A DNA stretch of 60,569 nucleotides from IMG/VR virus record IMGVR_UViG_3300037780_000074. One strand, written 5' to 3'. This DNA is from a virus. The notes beneath the pieces are model-generated. The model worked only from the letters and a program-made list of their open reading frames with translations. It did not search any database and was not told where the DNA came from. Numbering within the stretch: the first letter of the stretch is position 1; every line of letters starts with the position of its first letter. The translations under genes and the position numbers were made by a program. Shown in pieces: positions 1-8,371 of this stretch.

Positions 1-127
1 ACCTATGGAGATTTGATTAAGACATGGAGAGACAAAGCTAATGACATGAAAACTGTTGTGTTTGGAATAAATATAGATCATGTCAAAAAAATAGTAAATG
101 CATTCAATGAAGAAGGAATACCTGCAG
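1..127. repeat. Left copy of exact 127-bp terminal direct repeat (identical to 60443-60569)
   Basis: Compared base by base with 60443-60569, no mismatch. It lies inside a helicase ORF that stays in frame across the junction, so the contig closes into a 60,442-bp circle. Confidence 0.95.
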
Positions 128-756
128 TTCATTTGTCATCTGATTTTGACAATAGGACTAGAGATAGAGTGATTAATGATTTCAGGGATGGTAAGGTTAA
201 GATACTAGCCAATGTGAATATTGTAACAGAAGGTTTTGATTTGCCTGCAATAGAAGCCGTAATGCTTGTAAGACCAACCAAATCACTATCATTATATTTA
301 CAGATGGTAGGAAGAGGATTAAGACCTGCAGAGGGCAAGGATAGAGCAATTATACTAGATCATGCAGATTGTGTTTTTACTCATGGTTTCCCTGAGCAAG
401 ATAGAATATGGACTCTCAAAGGGTGGAAGAAGTCAGATGGAAGAGATATACCTGCTACTAAGATAAAATTCCGTGATGTAGAAACAGGTGATGAGTATGA
501 GCCAAGAGATTTACCTCCTCATGTCACAGAAATTGAGCTAGTGGAAGTAGATGCCGATGAGTTCAGAAAAGCAGAATTAGATAAGTTATTTGAACTTCAA
601 AAAGAACAAGAATATAAACCAGGTTGGGTATGGTACCAATTCCTAGAGAAGTACAAGATACCCACTAAGAGTGAAATAAATTATGTTCAGCAGAAAGCTG
701 GATATAAAAAGAGATGGATATATTATCAAAAGAAACAATTTGGTTATACCAACTAA
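1..756 (+). CDS. SF2 (DEAD/DEAH-type) DNA helicase, C-terminal half; continuation of 59786..60569 across the circular junction
   Basis: Frame 1 is open from base 1. It carries helicase C-domain motifs (NIVTEGFDLPAIEAVMLVRPTKS, QMVGRGLRP). 60443-59786 = 657 nt, a multiple of 3, so it is in frame with the N-terminal part. Confidence 0.85.
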   Translation, partial: TYGDLIKTWRDKANDMKTVVFGINIDHVKKIVNAFNEEGIPAVHLSSDFDNRTRDRVINDFRDGKVKILANVNIVTEGFDLPAIEAVMLVRPTKSLSLYLQMVGRGLRPAEGKDRAIILDHADCVFTHGFPEQDRIWTLKGWKKSDGRDIPATKIKFRDVETGDEYEPRDLPPHVTEIELVEVDADEFRKAELDKLFELQKEQEYKPGWVWYQFLEKYKIPTKSEINYVQQKAGYKKRWIYYQKKQFGYTN

Positions 757-771
757 AAAGAGAATATATAA

Positions 772-1644
772 ATGAAAGAGAAAGAAAAGTTTTACTTTCA
801 ACATGATTATACAGCTGCATCAGATATTAAGATACAAGGATTAATGACAGAGTTCGGAGGTCTAGCGTATGCAATATTCTTTGGAACAGTTGAATTGTTA
901 CACCAAGAAACAAAACATAAGTTACCACTGAAAGAATATGTCTTTAGGACTATATCAAACATCATGGTAATAAAAGACCCTGAGCTTGTTAAAAATGTAG
1001 TAAGGAGTTGTATTGATGATTATGGACTGTTCGTTGAAAAGGATGGTTATTTCTACTCTAATAGAGTAATGCAGAACTTCAAGAAAAGAGAGGAGATAAA
1101 ACAGAAACGAGCTGAGGCTGGTAGAAGAGGTGGTAAAGCATCATCCAAGCAAGATGAATCAAGTGATGTGAAAGAGGAAAGCACACCTGAGCCAGAAGAG
1201 AAATCATCAAACCAAAACCAACCATACGGCAACCAAAAAGAAGCAAATGCTAAGCAAGTGCTTAAGCAAAATCAAGCAAATGGAAACAAAGGAAAGGAAA
1301 GGAAAGGAAAAGAAACAAAAAAGAAAGAAAATGCCTTAAGAAAAGGCAATGTACTTGATATTTTCCTCTCTGAATATCCTAAGCAGATAAACCGAGCCAA
1401 GCTTGAACCGGTACTCATGACCTTTGACGGAGACCTGCAAGAACTCGTAGATGGTGTACGGCGACTCAAAGCTTACTCTGAGGCATTGAAAACGGAGAAG
1501 CAGTTCATTCCGAATGCTGAGAACTTCATCAGGAATAAGGACTATCTGAACCCCTATGAGTTTACACCGCCAGACAATGACGATGAGTTAGAGGATGATT
1601 CTGAATTAAACTCTAAACTCGTTTATGAGCAAGGGGGTTATTAA
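772..1644 (+). CDS. Putative replication initiator/organiser (DUF4373-like N-terminus, Lys/Glu-rich linker)
   Basis: The N-terminus FYFQHDYTAASDIKIQGLMTEFGGLAYAIFFGTVELL resembles the Lin1244/DUF4373 N-terminal domain as recalled. It sits between the helicase and DnaB. Confidence 0.5.
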   Translation: MKEKEKFYFQHDYTAASDIKIQGLMTEFGGLAYAIFFGTVELLHQETKHKLPLKEYVFRTISNIMVIKDPELVKNVVRSCIDDYGLFVEKDGYFYSNRVMQNFKKREEIKQKRAEAGRRGGKASSKQDESSDVKEESTPEPEEKSSNQNQPYGNQKEANAKQVLKQNQANGNKGKERKGKETKKKENALRKGNVLDIFLSEYPKQINRAKLEPVLMTFDGDLQELVDGVRRLKAYSEALKTEKQFIPNAENFIRNKDYLNPYEFTPPDNDDELEDDSELNSKLVYEQGGY

Positions 1645-1646
1645 CC

Positions 1647-3062
1647 ATGAGCAGAAAACCACCTCCATTTTCCTATGAAGCAGAGATGATTGTCCTTAGT
1701 GCTATGATGCAAAAAGGAGAATGCATTGATATTGCTAGAGGAGAATTGGTAACATCTGATTTCTATAATGAGAAGCATTGTCTAATATTCGATGCTTTAA
1801 TTGAGATGCATGATAAAGATGAAAGGATAAACATACTTTCACTAGAGGAAAACTTAAAGAAGAGAGTTAAGTCAGATGTAGTACCAAGCAGAGTGCAATT
1901 AGCCAAAATTTTAAAAGAATCCTCAACTACACAAGATCTAAAGCAACATATTCTAATTCTATTGGAGAAGTCATTAAGAAGGCAAGTCTTAGAAGCAAGC
2001 AGAACAGCATTGCAGAAAAGCTATGAAGAACAATCAGAAATATTCGATACTATAGGAGAGTTAAGTTATAATGCAGAGCTAATACAAAGTAAGATTAAGA
2101 GTGAGAATCTACAACTTGACAACGAAAAATCAATTAATGATGCTTATGAATTTGGAAAAGGAATAATAACAGGAAAAATTCAATTACTTGATACACCTCT
2201 TCATGACCTCAATAGAAAAATGATGTTCTTACCAGGGGAGCTGTTAGTTGTTGGAGGTCGTCCATCCATGGGTAAAACTGCATTGGGTTTAACATTTGCA
2301 GAATACTGGTCTATGAAACATAAGACTGCGTTTATCTCACTAGAGATGACAGATCTAGCATTGACATTAAGAAGAATGAGTTTCTATACAGGGTATTCAA
2401 ATAGAGAATTACTGAAAGATGATGATAAGTTGAGGGAAGCTAGAAGTAAACTTATTGACATGGAGACAAACAATCTCATAATAGATGACCGATCTGATTA
2501 TCACTACAATAATCTAAAAGGAAGAATAAAGCAGTTAGTTAAGAAGTATGGTGTTAAGGTAGTAATTGCAGATTACTTGCAATTGTTTCCTAGTCAAGGA
2601 AATTCAAAGAGAGAGGAAGTAGGGAATATTTCAAACCTACTAAAAGCTATTGCTAAAGAATTAAATATCTACATGGTGTGCCTTGCTCAGTTAAGCAGAG
2701 AGAGTGCCAAAGGTGGTAAGACTCATAGTAGTTATTTCCCAAAGATGGACCACCTGAAAGAAGCTGGTGAAATCGAGCAAGATGCAGATCATATATTGTT
2801 AGTTCATAGACCCGAATACTATTTACCTAATAAAGATATTAATTTGGCTAACAGACAGGAGCCAGTTGCAAACCTTGGTATGCTTTTCTATTCAAAACAA
2901 AGAAATGGCCCAACTGGTATTATACCTATGACCTATGAAAAGCCTAGAATGAAGTTTACCAATTTTTTAAGTTGTCATGATGAAAAAGTGTATGATGAAA
3001 TAAGGAAAGAGCAGAGAAGAGACTACATGCACAAGCAAGAACAAGGAGAGAGTATTTTTTAG
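1647..3062 (+). CDS. dnaB: DnaB-like replicative DNA helicase
   Basis: The N-terminus PPFSYEAEMIVLSAMM is typical of the DnaB N-domain. Walker A is GGRPSMGKTALGL, and the C-terminal part is RecA-like (LAQLSRE, QDADHILLVHRPEYY). Confidence 0.9.
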   Translation: MSRKPPPFSYEAEMIVLSAMMQKGECIDIARGELVTSDFYNEKHCLIFDALIEMHDKDERINILSLEENLKKRVKSDVVPSRVQLAKILKESSTTQDLKQHILILLEKSLRRQVLEASRTALQKSYEEQSEIFDTIGELSYNAELIQSKIKSENLQLDNEKSINDAYEFGKGIITGKIQLLDTPLHDLNRKMMFLPGELLVVGGRPSMGKTALGLTFAEYWSMKHKTAFISLEMTDLALTLRRMSFYTGYSNRELLKDDDKLREARSKLIDMETNNLIIDDRSDYHYNNLKGRIKQLVKKYGVKVVIADYLQLFPSQGNSKREEVGNISNLLKAIAKELNIYMVCLAQLSRESAKGGKTHSSYFPKMDHLKEAGEIEQDADHILLVHRPEYYLPNKDINLANRQEPVANLGMLFYSKQRNGPTGIIPMTYEKPRMKFTNFLSCHDEKVYDEIRKEQRRDYMHKQEQGESIF

Positions 3063-3127
3063 ATATTACAAAAAATCTTATATTTGAGCTGCAACAGTAT
3101 TTACTAAATGATTTATATGGGGTAGCT

Positions 3128-4180
3128 ATGGAAATTCAAACTAAGCTCAAAGCACTAGCAGATAAGATTGACAAATTAAAAGACAAGATTGGAACAGAGG
3201 AAGCCACAAAGAATGCATTCATAATGCCGTTCTTAGATATATTAGGTTATGATATATTCAATCCCACAGAAGTAGTTCCAGAATTTATTGCAGATCAAGG
3301 CATCAAGAAAGGAGAAAAAGTTGACTATGCAATATTTCAAGATGATAATCCGATTTTAATTATTGAGTGTAAACATTGGAATTCAAAATTAGATGTTCAA
3401 CATACTCAGCTATTTAGATACTTCTCAGTATTGAAGACAAGATTTGCACTTCTTACAAATGGGATTGAGTATAGGTTTTATACTGACTTAGATAAAGCAA
3501 ATGTCATGGATTCTAAACCTTTCCTTGAATTCAATATATGTGAGCTAAAGGATTCAACAATCAAAGAAATCACAAAGTTTCAAAAGTCTTCATTTGATGT
3601 AAGTTCTATATTGGATAATGCAGGATATTTAAAACATACCAAAGAATTAAAGTCTATTCTGAATTCTGAACTTGATGAGCCAAGTCCAGAGTTTGTAAAA
3701 TTCTTCATATCTAAACTAAGCAAGTCCAAAAGAGCTACAGAAAAAGTAATTGACGAGTTCACACCACTTGTCAAAAAAGCGTTTGCCCAACTAATGAATG
3801 AGAAAGTTAATGCTAGGTTAACATCAGCTCTTACAAAAGAAGCTGAACAGCAAAAAGATGAATTAGAAGAAGAGAAACCAAAAAGTAAAATCGTAACTAC
3901 AGAAGAAGAAGAGGAAGCGTTTCAAATAGTTGTTGCAATCCTAAGAAGAAAAATTCCAAAAGAAAGAATAACGCACAGAGATACACAATCATACTTTGGC
4001 ATTCTCCTCGATGACAACAACAGAAAACCTATTTGTAGACTACATCTCAATACTGAGAATAAGTATATCAGTCTTTTTGATAAAGATAAGAATGAGAACC
4101 GCCAGCAGATGAATTCAATTGATGATATATACAAGTTTGAAAAAGAAATTCTTGATGTGGTAGACTATTATGAAGATTAG
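3128..4180 (+). CDS. HsdR_N-type PD-(D/E)xK nuclease-like protein
   Basis: NAFIMPFLDILGYD ... VDYAIFQDDNPILIIECKHWNSKL is the D...ExK core typical of the type I restriction HsdR N-terminal (HSDR_N) fold. It is followed by an acidic linker and a C-terminal domain. Confidence 0.55.
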   Translation: MEIQTKLKALADKIDKLKDKIGTEEATKNAFIMPFLDILGYDIFNPTEVVPEFIADQGIKKGEKVDYAIFQDDNPILIIECKHWNSKLDVQHTQLFRYFSVLKTRFALLTNGIEYRFYTDLDKANVMDSKPFLEFNICELKDSTIKEITKFQKSSFDVSSILDNAGYLKHTKELKSILNSELDEPSPEFVKFFISKLSKSKRATEKVIDEFTPLVKKAFAQLMNEKVNARLTSALTKEAEQQKDELEEEKPKSKIVTTEEEEEAFQIVVAILRRKIPKERITHRDTQSYFGILLDDNNRKPICRLHLNTENKYISLFDKDKNENRQQMNSIDDIYKFEKEILDVVDYYED

Positions 4181-4751
4181 TATGTTTTTCATAATTGTAT
4201 TTATTGCAAGTGCATTTAACATCTATTCCCAGACTAAAGCAACCACGGAAAACGGAACTGAGGTTATTCTTTTCGATGATGGAACCTGGGAAGATTCTAA
4301 GGTTGTTAATAGAGGAGACTGTAAAGAGTTAATAAAACTCGTCGAGACAAATGAAACTACAGGTTTCATGTCAGAGAAACCATTAAATGTAGATTCAGGC
4401 AAGTTGACATTGTCTATTACATCAGTTAAGAATGGAAACGTTATAGTTGTATCAATGACAATCGAAGGAGATAAAAAACTTATCTGTATTGGTCCAGATG
4501 ATAAAGTTGTAATTACTAAGAACAATGGAAAGGAAATTGAATTACCTAAGTTGTCTGCGAAGAATTGCAAAGGTGAATATACTTTATTCATTGGCAAACC
4601 ATGGAAGACAACTGAATTAATAGAAACTCTTTCTAGTGGTCAAATCAAATCTATAAAAGTGAAATCCTATGAGTTTGAATTTAAGTTCTACCAATCAACA
4701 CTATTTCAGAAGACACTTAATTGTTTAGATAATGTAGAAATTAATAAATGA
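4170..4751 (+). CDS. Secreted/exported protein of unknown function
   Basis: N-terminal signal peptide MKISMFFIIVFIASAFNIYSQ. Overlaps the upstream gene by 11 nt. Confidence 0.6.
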   Translation: MKISMFFIIVFIASAFNIYSQTKATTENGTEVILFDDGTWEDSKVVNRGDCKELIKLVETNETTGFMSEKPLNVDSGKLTLSITSVKNGNVIVVSMTIEGDKKLICIGPDDKVVITKNNGKEIELPKLSAKNCKGEYTLFIGKPWKTTELIETLSSGQIKSIKVKSYEFEFKFYQSTLFQKTLNCLDNVEINK

Positions 4752-4760
4752 TTTAACATA

Positions 4761-4795
4761 CCCTGCTAGTTCTCTTTAGCGGGGTTATCTTTTTT
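4761..4795 (+). terminator. Hairpin plus T-tract between convergent genes
   Basis: ccctgcta/tagcgggg forms an 8-bp stem (one G-U) followed by ttatctttttt. It overlaps the last codons of the minus-strand channel gene. Confidence 0.5.
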
Positions 4796-5533
4796 AATTC
4801 TTTCTAAATAGCCTACACTTATTAAGCCTGTAGGTAGTGCAACTACTCCAATCCCCAGTAGTGAAATAATGCCACTAACAAGTTTTCCCATTGGGGTTAT
4901 AGGGTATATGTCACCATAACCAACTGTTGTGAGAGTAGCGACAGACCACCACATAGATACTAACACATTAGAAAAAACTTCTGGTTGAGCTGGATTTTCA
5001 ATATAATACATCAGAAAACCGCTAATGAATATCATAAAGAAAGTTAAAATAAGAGTGGAGATCAATTCATTTTTCTTATCAATTATGATTTCTTTAATTA
5101 GTAAGAGTGATTTCATATACCTGTTAAGTTTAAGTATCCTAAAAAATTTAAATATTCTTAGTATTCTTATAAACCTAAAATCAACTCTTAACAAAAAGGG
5201 TAGCAAAAAGGGGAGTAATGCTAGCAAGTCAATTATTCCATAAAATGAAAAAACAAACTTTAATATTGATTTGAATTTGCTACTAGCTGGATGAGTTAAA
5301 TCAGAAATATAAACCCTCAAACAGTATTCAAAAACAAATATTGTCATTATTGACTTACTTAGTAAATCAATATATTGTCTGTATTCAGCATAAATATCAT
5401 TAATAGACTCTATAATTAAAAGGATAATACTTATAATTATTAGTATAAATATTAGAAGGTTAAATATACTATTTTTACTCTCATCTTGATAGGCTATTAG
5501 ATTAAAAATCGCCTTTTTCAACATATCCTCCAA
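4766..5533 (-). CDS. Voltage-sensor-containing (6TM, Kv-type) potassium channel
   Basis: Selectivity filter TLTTVGYGD. S4-like helix RFIRILRIFKFFRILKLNR with a basic residue at every third position. About six hydrophobic segments. Oriented opposite to the flanking genes. Confidence 0.85.
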   Translation of the reverse strand: MEDMLKKAIFNLIAYQDESKNSIFNLLIFILIIISIILLIIESINDIYAEYRQYIDLLSKSIMTIFVFEYCLRVYISDLTHPASSKFKSILKFVFSFYGIIDLLALLPFLLPFLLRVDFRFIRILRIFKFFRILKLNRYMKSLLLIKEIIIDKKNELISTLILTFFMIFISGFLMYYIENPAQPEVFSNVLVSMWWSVATLTTVGYGDIYPITPMGKLVSGIISLLGIGVVALPTGLISVGYLERIKKDNPAKEN

Positions 5534-5725
5534 CTGGATAAATTTTAGAAAATGCTTAGTTGTTAAATTATAATATAATATATATTCAACACACTTTACT
5601 ATACCCTTACTCTATCATCCCCTTATTCAAACTTAATATTTTGCGAAAAATATGATTAATATTTGATATTCGTAAATAATTTATTAATTTAGTAAAGTGT
5701 TTAAAAAAGAGTTGCTGGAACAAAT

Positions 5726-5872
5726 ATGAAAAATAAGAAAAGTGAATACGAATTTGACAAGTTTGATTTAGGAGTTGAGTTGAGAAAACTTCAGGGGTCA
5801 TTACTCATTACTGACTTGATTACTGCAGGAGTTTTATTTGTTCTTGTTATGATTGGGTATCATTTGATATGA
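5726..5872 (+). CDS. Small membrane protein (48 aa; below the ORF-track cutoff)
   Basis: ATG at 5726. C-terminal hydrophobic segment LITAGVLFVLVMIGY. Its stop overlaps the ATG of the next gene (ATGA at 5869-5872). Confidence 0.35.
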   Translation: MKNKKSEYEFDKFDLGVELRKLQGSLLITDLITAGVLFVLVMIGYHLI

Positions 5873-6357
5873 TGAAGTTGAAAGACTTTTCTAAGAAGTA
5901 TGATTATCCAGTCAGGGCAATCCGCTACTTCATGGAAACAAAGTTGACCAAAGGGAAGCACTACAAAGTAAGAGGAGGTAGGATAGTGTTACCTGAAAAA
6001 ACTCAAGAACTAATTCATCAGAGATTTAAAGCAAGGAAAGACTATCCTATATCATACAACCGAATCAATAGTGAATTTGGATATAGGATGAAAGAGCTGA
6101 AAGAGTTCACGAAAGAGGAAGAAGATTATATACTAATTGGTCAACGATATCATTTCACCAATGAGGGTTATCAAAAAGTAAAAAGATACAAAGAGGGTGA
6201 GCCAGTAAATCAACAACCAAGAAGAGTGACAGAGAGTTTACCAACAACAGAAGTTACAAGGCTAAGTAATTATTCAGAAATGTCAACAAAAGAAAAACAC
6301 AACTGGGCAGATAAGATAGGATTATCTAAAGAAGTAAGAGACTTATTATTCAAATAG
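5869..6357 (+). CDS. Hypothetical early protein (possible DNA-binding N-terminus)
   Basis: ORF of 162 aa, the first long gene after an AT-rich control region. Confidence 0.55.
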   Translation: MMKLKDFSKKYDYPVRAIRYFMETKLTKGKHYKVRGGRIVLPEKTQELIHQRFKARKDYPISYNRINSEFGYRMKELKEFTKEEEDYILIGQRYHFTNEGYQKVKRYKEGEPVNQQPRRVTESLPTTEVTRLSNYSEMSTKEKHNWADKIGLSKEVRDLLFK

Positions 6358-6365
6358 AGGAATAC

Positions 6366-6791
6366 ATGGCATCAGAGCTAATACCAAACATCACAAGAAA
6401 CCAAATAGTAGAAAATGGATTGAACATTGTAATCCTATCAGCTAAGAATAACAGTACATTCAAAGTTGGTAAACCACTTTATTTGAGAGCTTCAAGAGGC
6501 TCGAAGCCACAAGAGAAGATCTTCAATGAAATAGCTGAAGTAGACGCTATCAATGAATATAGCAGAGATGAAAATGGTGACGTTTATGCTACAATTGAGA
6601 AGGTAACAAAATTTCAAGTCTCCACTTACAACAAAGAACAAAAGCTGTATGATATATTTATCAATGATCTGTATCTATCAAGTGCCGAACAAAAGGAATT
6701 TCTAAAAGAGCAAGGATTCTCTGAGGATGAATTCCTTGATAAATATGGTGTAGGAATGTACCAGGGATATTTAATCAAGTTTAACCTATGA
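6366..6791 (+). CDS. Hypothetical protein
   Basis: ORF of 141 aa, tightly packed with its neighbours. Confidence 0.55.
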   Translation: MASELIPNITRNQIVENGLNIVILSAKNNSTFKVGKPLYLRASRGSKPQEKIFNEIAEVDAINEYSRDENGDVYATIEKVTKFQVSTYNKEQKLYDIFINDLYLSSAEQKEFLKEQGFSEDEFLDKYGVGMYQGYLIKFNL

Positions 6792-7090
6792 AGTTGAGAA
6801 TCTCACATAAGATTGCAGATAAGATTCAAAAGAGCGACTTGAGTTCTGACTTACAGTACGCTGTAGATGTGTTGGGTATTGAGCAAGTAAGAAAACTTAT
6901 AGTTGAAATGGGTGGGACTGGTAGTCCTATTTACATTCCAGATGCCTCATCATTTGATAAACCTATATACCGAATGTTAGAAGAAGATTTTAGCGGTGAT
7001 TCAATTAGAGATATTTCACTAAGAACAGGAATATCACAACGAAGACTAAAAGGAATTTATAAGAAATATAGAAAAGAGCACAGCACTTAA
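6788..7090 (+). CDS. Mor-like transcriptional activator (C-terminal HTH)
   Basis: LIVEMGGTGSPIYIPD ... FSGDSIRDISLRTGISQRRLKGIYKKY matches the GG..xYIP plus C-terminal HTH layout of the Mor family as recalled. Confidence 0.5.
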   Translation: MKLRISHKIADKIQKSDLSSDLQYAVDVLGIEQVRKLIVEMGGTGSPIYIPDASSFDKPIYRMLEEDFSGDSIRDISLRTGISQRRLKGIYKKYRKEHST

Positions 7091-7113
7091 AACTCTTAAA
7101 TGGGCTGTAGCAA

Positions 7114-7131
7114 GGGTGTTGGAATGCACCC
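7114..7131 (+). repeat. Hairpin motif gggtgNtgga(N)atgcaccc, copy 1
   Basis: gggtgttggaatgcaccc has a 5-bp GC-rich stem. A near-identical copy is at 7581-7599. Confidence 0.6.
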
Positions 7132-7138
7132 AGTCCAG

Positions 7139-7180
7139 CAGGGGTATTCATCTCTCTCAACATGGTGCCCCTGTATTTTT
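7139..7180 (+). terminator. Stem (cagggg/cccctg) plus T-tract, loop carrying ttcatctctctcaa
   Basis: 6-bp GC stem at 7139-7144/7168-7173 followed by tattttt. The 14-nt loop motif recurs at 20531-20544. Confidence 0.45.
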
Positions 7181-7200
7181 AAAAGAATACAGGAACTAAA

Positions 7201-7455
7201 ATGAATGACAAGGAATTAGAATCATTAATTGATGAAAAGGCAGATAGCTTTATTTCAGAACTTCAGTGGCACGATACATTAGATGTTCAGAACGCAGCAA
7301 AAAAAGCATTTTCAAAAGGCTTCAAGGACGGTATTGAATATAACAAAGAAAGTCTGAAGGCAACGGTTAAGGAAATGGTTAAGGAAGGTAAGCCTGAGAA
7401 AGTGAAAAGAAACACTAAGACTAAGAAGGCACCAACTAAAAGTAAGAAGAAATAA
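7201..7455 (+). CDS. Hypothetical protein with Lys-rich C-terminus
   Basis: ORF of 84 aa flanked by structured intergenic regions. Confidence 0.55.
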   Translation: MNDKELESLIDEKADSFISELQWHDTLDVQNAAKKAFSKGFKDGIEYNKESLKATVKEMVKEGKPEKVKRNTKTKKAPTKSKKK

Positions 7456-7580
7456 CAGCACCGGTAGCATAGTTTGAAAAACCCTAAAGTAGAATAAGGA
7501 CTCTATGCTATCGGATGCTTAAATAATTAAACCATACTCAAATGAGTGAATCAAAACGCAAGAAGGTCAGGTAATGCTGG

Positions 7581-7599
7581 GGGTGATGGATATGCACCC
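7581..7599 (+). repeat. Hairpin motif gggtgNtgga(N)atgcaccc, copy 2
   Basis: gggtgatggatatgcaccc, within the 178-nt ORF-free region 7456-7633. Confidence 0.6.
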
Positions 7600-7633
7600 T
7601 ACGCGCCCATAGTTGGGTATGGTTGTTTTATAA

Positions 7634-7966
7634 ATGATATATGAGATATTAGTAATGAAAAAGTTAATCCTTAACAAAGGCGAAGGGAAGACAATCAGAG
7701 CAATTAAAGAATCTGCTAACACTAGATATCCAATAGTCTGTGTCTCTTCGGCGCAATGTAAATCAATTCAGGAGATTGCCAGAAAAATGAGTTACAATAT
7801 ACCTGAGCCATTAAATTTTAAGGACTATCCCAATAACACCATTGGTCGCCAAATCAACGGTTTCATAATAGATGATGCAGATCTGTTGTTACAAGAGCTG
7901 TTCTTAAACAAAGTTTGGATGTTGACAATGAACAAAGAAAAGAATGATGAATTATGCCAAAACTAA
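7634..7966 (+). CDS. Hypothetical protein
   Basis: ORF of 110 aa. An alternative ATG at 7655 is possible. Confidence 0.5.
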   Translation: MIYEILVMKKLILNKGEGKTIRAIKESANTRYPIVCVSSAQCKSIQEIARKMSYNIPEPLNFKDYPNNTIGRQINGFIIDDADLLLQELFLNKVWMLTMNKEKNDELCQN

Positions 7967-8172
7967 CTAGAAAACAAAAGAGATTGCTCAAGTGTATCAA
8001 TGACGGTATTGTCAAAGTGAAAGAGTACACTCTAGAAGATAAGAATGTGAAGTCAAAATATGTTCTCATTGATTCAGAAGGGAATGCAGGTGTAGCTAGA
8101 CGTTCTGATGTCCAGGCATTAATTGATAACGGATTCTTGAAGATGAAAGAAAAGACTAAGGTAAATGAGTAA
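7954..8172 (+). CDS. Hypothetical protein
   Basis: ORF of 72 aa with overlapping start and stop junctions. Confidence 0.5.
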   Translation: MPKLTRKQKRLLKCINDGIVKVKEYTLEDKNVKSKYVLIDSEGNAGVARRSDVQALIDNGFLKMKEKTKVNE

Positions 8173-8371
8173 GTTTATAATAAAGAATAGCAAGGGTGTA
8201 ATGGTTGCTACACTTAATTTACACAGTCGAATGAAAGAAGAATTTAACGCTATGACCATATCGGAAAAGAATGAATATATGAGAAATATGTTAGCTAATA
8301 CTCCATACAGAGACTGCATAGTAGAAGAAATTAAATTCCCCTTTACAGTAACAATTGCAGGTAAAGAATGA
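8165..8371 (+). CDS. Hypothetical protein
   Basis: ORF of 68 aa. Confidence 0.5.
   Translation: MSKFIIKNSKGVMVATLNLHSRMKEEFNAMTISEKNEYMRNMLANTPYRDCIVEEIKFPFTVTIAGKE

Noticed and set aside
1291-1310. (ggaaa)x4 tandem repeat.
   Set aside because: It lies in frame inside the Lys/Glu/Gly-rich linker (KGKERKGKE) of the 772..1644 ORF. It is a coding low-complexity tract, not a CRISPR array or regulatory array.
5607-5801. Minus-strand 64-aa ORF in the AT-rich gap upstream of the channel gene, and a similar one at 9620..9841.
   Set aside because: Both lie in regions better explained as promoter or operator DNA with shared motifs. They have no start context and their composition is implausible.
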